Part shown: one piece after another, positions 9,268 to 17,545 of the stretch
Position numbering within the stretch: position 1 is the stretch's first letter
Layout of the letters: each line of letters begins with the position of its first letter
Source of the DNA: Clostridia bacterium
GTDB taxonomy: Bacteria; Bacillota; Clostridia; Christensenellales; UBA1242
Assembly (NCBI GenBank): GCA_017537515.1
Contig: JAFYKO010000122.1
Location: 3,866 to 67,865 of the forward strand
DNA: 64,000 bases
Direction: 5' to 3'
Made by a program: the position numbers and the translations under genes
Notes under the pieces: model-generated
Seen by the model: only the letters and a program-made list of their open reading frames with translations
Told to the model about the DNA's origin: nothing
The model's database searches: none

Positions 9268-9298
9268 GACCCTATATTAAAATGGCATAATAACTATT

Positions 9299-9952
9299 TC
9301 AAAGTTTTGTTCGTTGTAGGTTATGGAATGATATATCGGTCAAGAGCGTATTTGCGAACTCCCCCAGGTTGGTTCCAGGCGGGAACCTGTAAGATACGCC
9401 TGCGTAGGAATGCACTTCACGGGCAGCGTCATAGGAACATTGGAACAACACGCCCTGCCTGTCGGTGTCGTCTTTCGGAGCCAATCCATAGTAGGGTTCC
9501 CGAAAAATGAACATAACACCCCTGGTCCCAAAGAACTGCCAACCATCATTACCCGAATAGTCCTTGCAGTCGCAGGAACAGAACACCATAGCACCCCTGC
9601 TCTTACACGCCCAGGTATTGTAGCACGTTGCCAGGATATACAAGTATTCCTTTTCGGGCAACTGCAACCTGTCCTGGGAGGGCTTGAACTCACGGGCGAA
9701 TGTCGGGCACAGGTCTAGCAACTCACGCAGCGACACAGGGTTCAACGTGGATAGCCCGATATGCTCCAACAGGGTCCGTTCATTCGACGGCATCTTGCCG
9801 TTCAAGAACGTAGTGCGGTAGCCCTGGAAGTTCTTCGGGCTTTCGTATTCCTGCCCTCCAAAACGTTCGGCTATGAACAGCAAGGTAGCAGCAGCCTGTT
9901 CGGTAAACCCCAACTTCTGCAACTCACGTATTTCTTGAAGCCGTCTAGTCAC
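9299..9952 (-). CDS. hypothetical protein (217 aa)
   Basis: ORF track. Confidence 0.65.
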   Translation of the reverse strand: MTRRLQEIRELQKLGFTEQAAATLLFIAERFGGQEYESPKNFQGYRTTFLNGKMPSNERTLLEHIGLSTLNPVSLRELLDLCPTFAREFKPSQDRLQLPEKEYLYILATCYNTWACKSRGAMVFCSCDCKDYSGNDGWQFFGTRGVMFIFREPYYGLAPKDDTDRQGVLFQCSYDAAREVHSYAGVSYRFPPGTNLGEFANTLLTDISFHNLQRTKL

Positions 9953-9953
9953 G

Positions 9954-10178
9954 TCATACCTCGGTCAGTTCGTGGTCGTATTCGCCATTGTTCATCGTAT
10001 AAAGTTCTTCGTATTCCTCAACGGAACTTGTGAAGATGCCCCAAACGGAGCAGTCTTCTTCTACGATTTCTGCGAACTCTTTGTGCCATTGGGCACCCGT
10101 CATTACACGCCCATCGTAGGAATCCTTGTATTTCTTTTGCGGGTCCAGGTGATACCCTTCCGTGAACTTACGTGCCAT
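9954..10178 (-). CDS. hypothetical protein (74 aa)
   Basis: ORF track. Confidence 0.55.
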   Translation of the reverse strand: MARKFTEGYHLDPQKKYKDSYDGRVMTGAQWHKEFAEIVEEDCSVWGIFTSSVEEYEELYTMNNGEYDHELTEV

Positions 10179-10183
10179 AGTCG

Positions 10184-10432
10184 CTATTCCCTGTCAGCGG
10201 TTTTCTTGTTAATGAGGTCCAGGTAGTCCTTGACGGTCCGCAGCGAAGCCTTTTCGCAATCGCTGATTTCAATACCGAACTTGTCTTCAACCCTGCATAT
10301 AATGTCAAAAATATCCAGGGAGTCAGCACCCAGGTAAGCCAGGGAATCCTGTTCTTCAATGTCGTTGCGATGAACGTCTAGTTCAACAATGAGAATATCT
10401 TCAAATTGGTGTCTAATGATTTCGGGTTTCAT
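10184..10432 (-). CDS. acyl carrier protein (82 aa)
   Basis: LAYLGADSLDIFDIICRVEDKFGIEISD matches the ACP core (E. coli AcpP: [27 protein letters not shown]), including the phosphopantetheine-attachment Ser in DSL. Size is typical. Confidence 0.85.
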   Translation of the reverse strand: MKPEIIRHQFEDILIVELDVHRNDIEEQDSLAYLGADSLDIFDIICRVEDKFGIEISDCEKASLRTVKDYLDLINKKTADRE

Positions 10433-10713
10433 TTGTGTTTCTCCAAAGCGGAAAGTGAATCCAGGACAAAGCAGGTAGAAGCCACAGCGTCCTGCTTGTC
10501 GGGGCTAGGTCCAACCAACTTGCCCAACTCTTTTGCAAGGGATTCAAGTTGTTTTGAAGAACCCCCGTAGCGTTCACCGAACCCTGCCGTTTTCGCAAGT
10601 ATGCGTAAGTCTTCGTCGGTCGGGGCTGTGGCGACAAACGACTTGTCCGTAAGGGACGCACAGCACAGGACTTCCAAATCCTTGAACGACAACCCTTCCA
10701 ATTTTCTAGCCAT
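10429..10713 (-). CDS. hypothetical protein (94 aa), translationally coupled to the ACP gene
   Basis: ORF track. ATGA overlap with the ACP start. Confidence 0.55.
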   Translation of the reverse strand: MARKLEGLSFKDLEVLCCASLTDKSFVATAPTDEDLRILAKTAGFGERYGGSSKQLESLAKELGKLVGPSPDKQDAVASTCFVLDSLSALEKHK

Positions 10714-10714
10714 A

Positions 10715-11281
10715 CTAAATCACTCCGTCAATATCGTCAATTAGCCTGTTCTGTGTATCAATGATTTCCTGGGCGATGCGATACATAGTTGAACTGTTCA
10801 CGGGCATTCCGTAGTATTCCTGGGGTATTTCATACACAATGTCATTCCACAGGAACTTTGTGTAGTTGCTATTGAATGCGGGTGCAAACGGGGAAAAGTA
10901 ATAGAACCGCTCGCCTGCGATAACCTTGACACTTTTGGAGCCGTCTTCGTTCTCAACGACTTCCACGGAATTAGGCATCTGCTTTACAGGCGGGACACAC
11001 GATTCAATGGTTTCGTTAATATCCTCGCCATACAGGAAAATCCTACAATCCCTGGCGGTCGGCAATTCCTTGTCAATCCCGAAAGCCTTGACTTCTGCGA
11101 ACTTGTCGGGATTAGCCGTATAGAACTGCTTGCCGTCTTCCCCGTCCTGGCAGTAGAACGCAAATTCGGTCTTCAAGTCCTGCTTGCGTTTTTCCAATTC
11201 CAGGCGACGCTTCTCACGGCTTACCAGGATTCGCCTGGTAAAACCGATTGACATTAAAAGGTCGTGCAGCAATCCACTCAT
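10715..11281 (-). CDS. hypothetical protein (188 aa)
   Basis: ORF track. Confidence 0.6.
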   Translation of the reverse strand: MSGLLHDLLMSIGFTRRILVSREKRRLELEKRKQDLKTEFAFYCQDGEDGKQFYTANPDKFAEVKAFGIDKELPTARDCRIFLYGEDINETIESCVPPVKQMPNSVEVVENEDGSKSVKVIAGERFYYFSPFAPAFNSNYTKFLWNDIVYEIPQEYYGMPVNSSTMYRIAQEIIDTQNRLIDDIDGVI

Positions 11282-12135
11282 TACGTTCTTTCGCTCAATG
11301 GGAGTTTAAGCAACTTTTCCGCTTCTTCATTCGGCAACCACTTGCGGGAGCCGTCAGCCATACGGACGTATTTACCTTTTTGGTTCTGCAATACGTGGTT
11401 TCCGTAATACTTGATTACAGCGTCATACATAGCAAGCAAGTCGGCAGTATCACGGACAAGCGGGCACTTCTCGCAATTCCTGTCGCACCTGTCGGCACGG
11501 CTCACGCATTCACGCTCCGTTTTAAGCAGGTCCAGGACTTCTTCACGGGAAAGCCTTACGTTCCCCTTGCTAACCTTTTTCGGGGCTTCTACGGGCGGTT
11601 CCTGCGGTTCCGTAGCCACCTGCGGGTGGGGTGCCGAATAGGACGCAAGCCTGTCGGCAAACGCATTACAACTTTCCTGCAATTCCGTCGGGGACATTTT
11701 ATAGTTGCAGGCGGGCACAGTGAATCGGGTGCCCACGTCTTTAATCAAGTCTTCCAAAAGACTTGTAGTGTATCGCTGATAGTCCTTTACTCCAAACTGC
11801 CGAACGCCCTTACGCACCACAATCGGAGCATAGGAATCCTCACCGAAAATAAAAATTCGGGATAACGGCATAATGACATTATACGGGGGTGGCATAGACA
11901 AGTCATCCAACCTGTGATAGATAGGCGGGTATCTATAAGGGTCTTCGCACCTTACCCTTAATTCGTTCACAGCAAAACCGATAATGTAGAACGGGTCATT
12001 GTCGTCGGGAACCAATTCATTAAAACTAGAATCGGGCTTCACAATCCCGTGCTTTTTAAGAGTGTCAAGAGTGACAGGGTTAAACACAGCCCCGCCAAAC
12101 TTGACAACACATTCAAACAAACCATCTACTGTCAA
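11281..12135 (-). CDS. hypothetical protein (284 aa)
   Basis: ORF track. Confidence 0.65.
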   Translation of the reverse strand: MTVDGLFECVVKFGGAVFNPVTLDTLKKHGIVKPDSSFNELVPDDNDPFYIIGFAVNELRVRCEDPYRYPPIYHRLDDLSMPPPYNVIMPLSRIFIFGEDSYAPIVVRKGVRQFGVKDYQRYTTSLLEDLIKDVGTRFTVPACNYKMSPTELQESCNAFADRLASYSAPHPQVATEPQEPPVEAPKKVSKGNVRLSREEVLDLLKTERECVSRADRCDRNCEKCPLVRDTADLLAMYDAVIKYYGNHVLQNQKGKYVRMADGSRKWLPNEEAEKLLKLPLSERT

Positions 12136-12147
12136 AAGATACCTTCC

Positions 12148-12561
12148 TTATTTGGTGCTGTGGGCTTCCACAGCACGATTGAAATACTTTACAAAAGAGT
12201 GTGCCCCCTCCAAAAGACTGACGGGGGTGCGGGTAAGATAGCCGTGGGGACAATAGGTATCATTGAAAAACCCAACGCCATACTTGGAGCCGTCCATATA
12301 GTTTGCGGACAACAACAGGGTGTTCATACTCCCAAGGCTTGCCCACATCCTGCAAACAAGTTCCCTGGTTTCTATGTCCTTGATATGGATTTCGCACTTC
12401 GGTTCCTTGCTGCCAGGTATAGCGGGTGTCGGGTTCATTATGACGGGTGTCACTTCCACGACATACTTACCCTGCGAATACAGGTCTTCCTGGATATGTG
12501 ATGCAAACTCCAACGTATTGAAGTTAAGGTCAATCGCTTTGTGGTTAAAATCAATGGGCAT
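12148..12561 (-). CDS. hypothetical protein (137 aa)
   Basis: ORF 12148..12612 trimmed to ATG 12561 (MPIDFNHK) behind AACCGAGGTAATCATT. The longer form would begin inside the promoter. Confidence 0.6.
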   Translation of the reverse strand: MPIDFNHKAIDLNFNTLEFASHIQEDLYSQGKYVVEVTPVIMNPTPAIPGSKEPKCEIHIKDIETRELVCRMWASLGSMNTLLLSANYMDGSKYGVGFFNDTYCPHGYLTRTPVSLLEGAHSFVKYFNRAVEAHSTK

Positions 12562-12602
12562 AATGATTACCTCGGTTAAAGTTTGTGGTTGCCTATGTCC
12601 CA

Positions 12603-12655
12603 AATATAACAAATTACCTACACGTTGTCAATAGGTAATTTGAAAAAATTTTTAA
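12603..12655 (-). promoter_or_regulatory. sigma70-type phage promoter with perfect 10-bp inverted repeat around the -35
   Basis: -10 12603..12608, -35 12626..12631, 17-nt spacer. IR arms aaattaccta 12611..12620 and taggtaattt 12632..12641 with an 11-nt spacer. Confidence 0.8.
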
Positions 12656-14082
12656 CCTTTTTGTTTTTCAAAGGACAGGAACAGCCCACAAGTTTCGTGG
12701 TGGCGTTCATACATCTTAAACGACTTCCCATTGAACCCGTAGCGGGACATTTCGCTTCGCAGGTCCTTGACAGGCACCTTAATATCCACCTTGATTGCAT
12801 ACCTGCCTTTATCCGTCGGCTTAACCTGGACTATATCCGAACCGACACGCAGCGGGTGGATAAAGATTGCTTCGCCCTGTTCCTTGACCGCCTTGACTAT
12901 ATCCGAACTAGCCTCCACGTCCAGGACGAATGAGCCGTAGGGTTCAATCCACGGGACTTGCTTTGCGACATAATCGTGCAGGTCACGAATGCGAACGTCG
13001 CCCACGGGGATATGCTCCCAGGTCAAAGACTGATGGACCATTTCACAAGTGTCGGGGTCAAACGTCATATCCACGTCAACGTCCGACTTGCACAGGACTT
13101 CACACGTTTTCAAGTCAAACTTGATTTCGCCCTTGCCTGTCTTCAAATCTTCCCTAAACTGATATGTGAACCTGGACTGCAAATCGCTTTCAAGGAACTC
13201 ACGGGAATCGCTAGGCATATACTTCGCAGCGGAAACGCACATACTGATAGGTAGCATCCACACGCTGTTAATGATTACCGCAGCAGCCAACGTTTCTTCG
13301 TAAACCTTGGAACCCAGGCTGCTACTATACCTATCCATTATAAAGTCACTCTTGCCCAACGCTCTAATGCCGTCTGCATACTCATTTACGTGCTGACCGC
13401 TACCACCCCACTTCTCGCATTCTTCAAAGCCCACAATGAACTTCGGGTCCAACAGGGATAGTCGGCAGTGCAATTCCCAAAAGTCTGCAATTCTCGCACC
13501 ATTACCGCTAGAATCAAGGTATTCAACAGTGGGGTAAAGGTAGATATTGGAAGTAGATATTTTTCGCAACCCGTGGTCCCATACTTCCCATTGGCACATA
13601 TCCAATTCAAGCATAGGCTGACCCTTGACGAACAAAGTCTGTTCATAGTTCCCGTTGCTCTTTACTTCAATGTCATCGCAGCCCGTCCACTTACGCACCA
13701 GGTCCGCTACACGCTCAATAATCGGGAACGCTTCAAGATACAACTGCAACTCTCTCAACGCTGTCAACTTTGCACAGCGGGCTTCCACGGTCTTTTCCGA
13801 ACCCGAAGCAAGTATTCGTCGCAACTCCGACACACGCTTTCCGTCCCAGGACTTCGGAACCTTTACGGACTTGCTGATGGAATCCGTGATATACTTTTCT
13901 GCAAGTTTGACCTTTTCTTTCAGCACCCTGGATTTAGCCGACGACAAATCCTTTTCGGAGCGTTGCAGCACGGCTGCATAATGCTTCGCCTGCTTCAAGT
14001 CTTCGGACACCTTTTCACGCAGTTCCGTTAGGTTCTGTTCGTTCCTGGCTGTCACGCCTTTAAGTTGTTCTTCAAGCGTCAT
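12652..14082 (-). CDS. hypothetical protein (476 aa)
   Basis: ORF track. Confidence 0.7.
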   Translation of the reverse strand: MTLEEQLKGVTARNEQNLTELREKVSEDLKQAKHYAAVLQRSEKDLSSAKSRVLKEKVKLAEKYITDSISKSVKVPKSWDGKRVSELRRILASGSEKTVEARCAKLTALRELQLYLEAFPIIERVADLVRKWTGCDDIEVKSNGNYEQTLFVKGQPMLELDMCQWEVWDHGLRKISTSNIYLYPTVEYLDSSGNGARIADFWELHCRLSLLDPKFIVGFEECEKWGGSGQHVNEYADGIRALGKSDFIMDRYSSSLGSKVYEETLAAAVIINSVWMLPISMCVSAAKYMPSDSREFLESDLQSRFTYQFREDLKTGKGEIKFDLKTCEVLCKSDVDVDMTFDPDTCEMVHQSLTWEHIPVGDVRIRDLHDYVAKQVPWIEPYGSFVLDVEASSDIVKAVKEQGEAIFIHPLRVGSDIVQVKPTDKGRYAIKVDIKVPVKDLRSEMSRYGFNGKSFKMYERHHETCGLFLSFEKQKG

Positions 14083-14090
14083 AAAACCCT

Positions 14091-14924
14091 CTAGTTTCTA
14101 TACCTACTCCAAAAGTCGTCTGCTTCCTGCTGCTTTCGCTTACGCTCACGCCAATACTTTCCGTATAGCCATTCATTCGGCAGGGCGACGAACGCAATGA
14201 TTAAGCCGATACACACAATGGCGAACACGACCCAAAAGATAGGGACACCCCATTTGTGTATCAAGTGGTCCACGGCTTCGTCAAGCCCAACGCCATTCAA
14301 GAACTTTGCATCGTTGAACTGATGGTTGTCAATGTTGGCATAGACGGTTCCCGTATAGGACAAATTCCTGCCGTAATAGACATAGCGTTGCTTGGCAGAA
14401 AAGAACCCGCTGCGGTTCAAGTTAATCGTGGTGATATAGTTCTCCCCTGGGAGTGCAGGGAACGACCCGTAATAGAAATTCCTGCCCAGGAAATTGACCT
14501 GGTTGACCGCAAAGTGATTGCGACCGATAGCGTCCCAGGTCCAATAGGTTTCCGTATGGCAGTGTCTATTCTTACCCTCACCCGAACAGACGGTCCTGTG
14601 GTGCTTTCGGTATTCTTCAAGGACCCTGGTAATCGTCATATAGTTCCCGATACCATCGTCCGTCACGAACCCTACCGCACTGACTGTCCCGTAGGCGAGC
14701 GTGTGCCCTGCGTTAGTCTTGAACGCATAGTTAAATTGTGTGCTGTCCGCTAACTTGACAGCCTCATAATACTTCACGTTTGCGTCGTCTTCGCAACTAC
14801 GAATGGAGCCTGCGATACAGATACCACCGATAAATGCAATAAGAGCGAACACGATTGACACGAAGATTTCACGATTCGTCACTTCCACTTCGGGACCGCT
14901 GTTGTATGAATAAGGGTAAGACAT
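14091..14924 (-). CDS. membrane protein, N- and C-terminal TM helices flanking a ~190-aa domain (277 aa)
   Basis: Hydrophobic segments IFVSIVFALIAFIGGICIAG and VPIFWVVFAIVCIGLIIAFVAL. Lies immediately downstream of lemA. Confidence 0.65.
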   Translation of the reverse strand: MSYPYSYNSGPEVEVTNREIFVSIVFALIAFIGGICIAGSIRSCEDDANVKYYEAVKLADSTQFNYAFKTNAGHTLAYGTVSAVGFVTDDGIGNYMTITRVLEEYRKHHRTVCSGEGKNRHCHTETYWTWDAIGRNHFAVNQVNFLGRNFYYGSFPALPGENYITTINLNRSGFFSAKQRYVYYGRNLSYTGTVYANIDNHQFNDAKFLNGVGLDEAVDHLIHKWGVPIFWVVFAIVCIGLIIAFVALPNEWLYGKYWRERKRKQQEADDFWSRYRN

Positions 14925-14927
14925 AGG

Positions 14928-15482
14928 TTAGTCCTTCAATAAGCCCGTCGGAGCGTCAACGGGAGCGTTTTCAAACTTCAAGTATTCGTATTCCTTTGCT
15001 TCGTAGCCTACCCAATCCAGGAACACACGGGTCGGGAAACTGCGGACGTATCGCTTGTAATCTTTGACACCTGCATTGTAGTAGGTTCTATGGCTATCAA
15101 TGCGATTTTCGGTCATCGCAAGTTCGCTCATATACCTGTCGTAATTCTCAATGCTTCTCAACTGCGGGTATCTTTCCACGACACCTTTAAGGTAAAGGGA
15201 AGCGTTCACGTTGCCGTTGCCTTCCTTTGGGGTGCGGGCTTCGGACAACTGCACAAGCACTTCGGATTCGTGCTTGTCGTATGATTTAACCGCTTCTGCA
15301 AGGTTGCGGAGCAAACCGTTTCTGCGATTATATTCAGCGTTAAGGTCGCTTTCAGCACTTTCAATCACCTGTTCCTTTGCGATAGCGGAGTTCTGCGAAC
15401 TTTGAACACCGAAAATGCAGGCGACTGCGGTAAGTCCCGCAAGGACGAGGACTGCGATTACAATGAGGATTGCTTTTTTCAT
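14928..15482 (-). CDS. lemA: LemA family protein (184 aa)
   Basis: N-terminal TM helix followed by the LemA signature blocks YNRRNGLLRNLAEAVKSYDKHE, ERYPQLRS and ENRIDSHRTYYNAGVKDYKRYVRSFP. Confidence 0.85.
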   Translation of the reverse strand: MKKAILIVIAVLVLAGLTAVACIFGVQSSQNSAIAKEQVIESAESDLNAEYNRRNGLLRNLAEAVKSYDKHESEVLVQLSEARTPKEGNGNVNASLYLKGVVERYPQLRSIENYDRYMSELAMTENRIDSHRTYYNAGVKDYKRYVRSFPTRVFLDWVGYEAKEYEYLKFENAPVDAPTGLLKD

Positions 15483-15519
15483 TTTTTGTTTTTCCTTGTT
15501 GGTTTATGTAAGACAATAC

Positions 15520-15672
15520 TTACTTTCGGTTTGGTTTTAACGATTTAATTGTTGAACACCATTCAAAATTATCGCAGCAATAACCTATTTGGTGCGGTTC
15601 ACTACCGCACCATTTTTCACGATTCTTTTTGAACCTGTGCTTACACCAATAACAACATTTATGTTTATCCAT
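15520..15672 (-). CDS. small Cys-rich (zinc-binding-like) protein (50 aa)
   Basis: My own translation: MDKHKCCYWCKHRFKKNREKWCGSEPHQIGYCCDNFEWCSTIKSLKPNRK. GAGGT SD 6 nt upstream. Below the ORF-track size cut-off. Confidence 0.45.
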   Translation of the reverse strand: MDKHKCCYWCKHRFKKNREKWCGSEPHQIGYCCDNFEWCSTIKSLKPNRK

Positions 15673-15813
15673 AAGTTACCTCATTCTAGGTTAATACGTT
15701 CCCGAAATGCTAGTGATTTCTTGCATCGGGAAATCGTGTCGTTTCAAATAGTCACGGCAGCGGTCAATACTGCCAATACGATTTTCTTCATTTTTTGATT
15801 TCCTGGATAGAAG

Positions 15814-16050
15814 TTATACAACGGACGGCAAAACATCAACGACCTTGTAAGCCGAATAGTAGTCTTCGCCCCAACCATACTCAAAGTCCCAACCGTCGTA
15901 ATGCAATTCGGCTGCGTGAGAGTTGTTGGGGCTATCCCAATCCTGCTTTACCTTGTTCTTTACCTTTTCAAGATTTTCCTTTGAGTATTCGTAAATCTTG
16001 ATTTCGTCGTCGGTGTGACGGTTGTGGCACTTATAAACGATAACTTTCAT
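15814..16050 (-). CDS. hypothetical protein (78 aa)
   Basis: First ORF after promoter 16086..16132. Leader ...CCACCACAACAAACCGAGGAAACT-ATG. Confidence 0.6.
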   Translation of the reverse strand: MKVIVYKCHNRHTDDEIKIYEYSKENLEKVKNKVKQDWDSPNNSHAAELHYDGWDFEYGWGEDYYSAYKVVDVLPSVV

Positions 16051-16085
16051 AGTTTCCTCGGTTTGTTGTGGTGGGTTATGTCAGT

Positions 16086-16132
16086 AATATAACAAATTAC
16101 CTAAATGTTGTCAATACGAATTTTGAAATTTT
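16086..16132 (-). promoter_or_regulatory. sigma70-type phage promoter (family member)
   Basis: -10 16086..16091, -35 16109..16114, 17-nt spacer. Overlaps the last codons of the coaE-like gene. Confidence 0.75.
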
Positions 16133-16904
16133 CGCATAATTTTTTCTTGTCGTCCCTGTCGTCATACAGCGGGCACGGGAACGGACAATGCGAGCAGCCA
16201 CCCATAAAGGTCTTATACAAGTAGCATTGAACACGGCTCTTTACGTCCTTTGTGAAGACACGCAAGTTCATAGCGAACACAGCGTCACGTTCGTCGTCCG
16301 TAAGGTCCAACAGGTCCCGAAGTGCAATACGCACCTGCTTGTCAAGCGTTTCCAGGGAACCATTGTTCGTAATCACAACGTCGTGCTTATCAAGCGGGCA
16401 GTCCTGCTGCAAGTTGTCACGTTCGGCAATCTGTTCAATAGACAGACCGCTTCGCTGTTCCACACGTTCGTATCGCAGGTCCTTGTCCGCACGAACTACA
16501 ATCCTACGGGAATAGTTAGGGAGCGACTTAAACATATCCAGAACCCGCTGCGATTCGTGAACTTCAATGAACACGGGAACGTCTTCACTGATACCCACCA
16601 GGTAATTAGGCAAGAACACCAGGAACGACTTGAACACATATTCCTCAAATGCACGACGCTGCTTCGCATAACAAGCCTTGAAGAAGTTCTCACGCATAAA
16701 CGAAACGTCCACGTTGCCGTTGCCGTCCAGGACTTCCTTTGAGAACAACTTTACCAACTTCTTCTTGCAGCACTTCGCACCCAGGAACATTTTTGAAAAT
16801 TCGTCAATGCTCACTTCGCAGTGGTGGTGCCTGCGGATAACCGAAGCCACGGCAGACTTACCGCTGCCGATACGCCCCGTAATCAAGATAATGCGGTTCT
16901 TCAT
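16101..16904 (-). CDS. coaE: dephospho-CoA kinase (CoaE)-like P-loop kinase with Cys-rich C-terminal extension (267 aa)
   Basis: Collinear with E. coli CoaE as I recall it: IILITGRIGSGKSAVA (Walker A), SIDEFS, LFSKEVLDGNGNVDVSFMRENFF, RRIVVRADKDLRYERVEQRSGLSIEQIAERDNLQ, HDVVITNNGSLETLDKQV. An extra ~70 aa follows, ending in CSHCPFPCPLYDD. Confidence 0.7.
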   Translation of the reverse strand: MKNRIILITGRIGSGKSAVASVIRRHHHCEVSIDEFSKMFLGAKCCKKKLVKLFSKEVLDGNGNVDVSFMRENFFKACYAKQRRAFEEYVFKSFLVFLPNYLVGISEDVPVFIEVHESQRVLDMFKSLPNYSRRIVVRADKDLRYERVEQRSGLSIEQIAERDNLQQDCPLDKHDVVITNNGSLETLDKQVRIALRDLLDLTDDERDAVFAMNLRVFTKDVKSRVQCYLYKTFMGGCSHCPFPCPLYDDRDDKKKLCENFKIRIDNI

Positions 16905-17188
16905 TATTCCCCCTTTAAGTTCTCAACGTCGCTGTAAAGGGCGTTCAATATGTTTGCAATCGGAACTTCTTCAATGCGAAGATGCCGTTTGATTTCGTCG
17001 TTGCGGTAATCCGTGTTCCATTCGTCCCAGGGCTTATTCCCAAAGTATTCGTCGTGAATGTAGGTGTCCGCTTCATCACGGTTGTTAAAGAACCTAATAA
17101 AGCGACGATACTTACCGTCCTGGTAATACAACGCCATCACGGTCGGGATGGCACAGCCCCTTTTGTTTTCGGTTTTAGTCTTGTTCAT
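16904..17188 (-). CDS. hypothetical protein (94 aa)
   Basis: ORF track. Confidence 0.55.
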   Translation of the reverse strand: MNKTKTENKRGCAIPTVMALYYQDGKYRRFIRFFNNRDEADTYIHDEYFGNKPWDEWNTDYRNDEIKRHLRIEEVPIANILNALYSDVENLKGE

Positions 17189-17189
17189 T

Positions 17190-17534
17190 TTACTTGCCCT
17201 TATACTTGTCGTAAAATTCTTTCAAGTCCACGGTCCCACCCAGGCGATTATACAAGGATTGCATATTGGCGAACCCTTCGTCGCTATAAGCGAAACTGCG
17301 ACCCTCTTTCTTTTGAATGCTTTCAAGTTCTTCGTCAATGAACTTCTTGCAGGAATACAGGTCAAACGAATGTGCGAACGCACTAAACCCGTCTTCGTCA
17401 ATGGCTTCCCATACGACGCAGTGTTCGGGCTGAAAGTAGCCCCCGCATTCAATGAACACGCCCCTATACAAATAGCGAATGCCAACTTCGGAGCGACCTG
17501 TTTTCTTGTGTGGTAATCGGTGTGCCCTAAACAT
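17190..17534 (-). CDS. hypothetical protein (114 aa)
   Basis: ORF track. Confidence 0.55.
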   Translation of the reverse strand: MFRAHRLPHKKTGRSEVGIRYLYRGVFIECGGYFQPEHCVVWEAIDEDGFSAFAHSFDLYSCKKFIDEELESIQKKEGRSFAYSDEGFANMQSLYNRLGGTVDLKEFYDKYKGK

Positions 17535-17545
17535 ACGCAGCCCTA

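Larger units (their letters stand above)
7739..9298 (-). mobile_element. solo-tnpB IS200/IS605-like insertion (no tnpA); limits approximate
   Basis: AT-richer block that exactly fills the gap between phage genes 7187..7738 and 9299..9952. Has its own promoter and a 9-bp subterminal hairpin (9196..9225) upstream of tnpB. Confidence 0.5.

Noticed and set aside
12562-12612. N-terminal extensions beginning MLYLG... on ORFs 12148..12612 and 17929..18246
   Set aside because: The extensions start inside the conserved -10 and leader of the promoter family. Internal ATGs (12561, 18192) are preceded by the conserved ACCGAGG SD.
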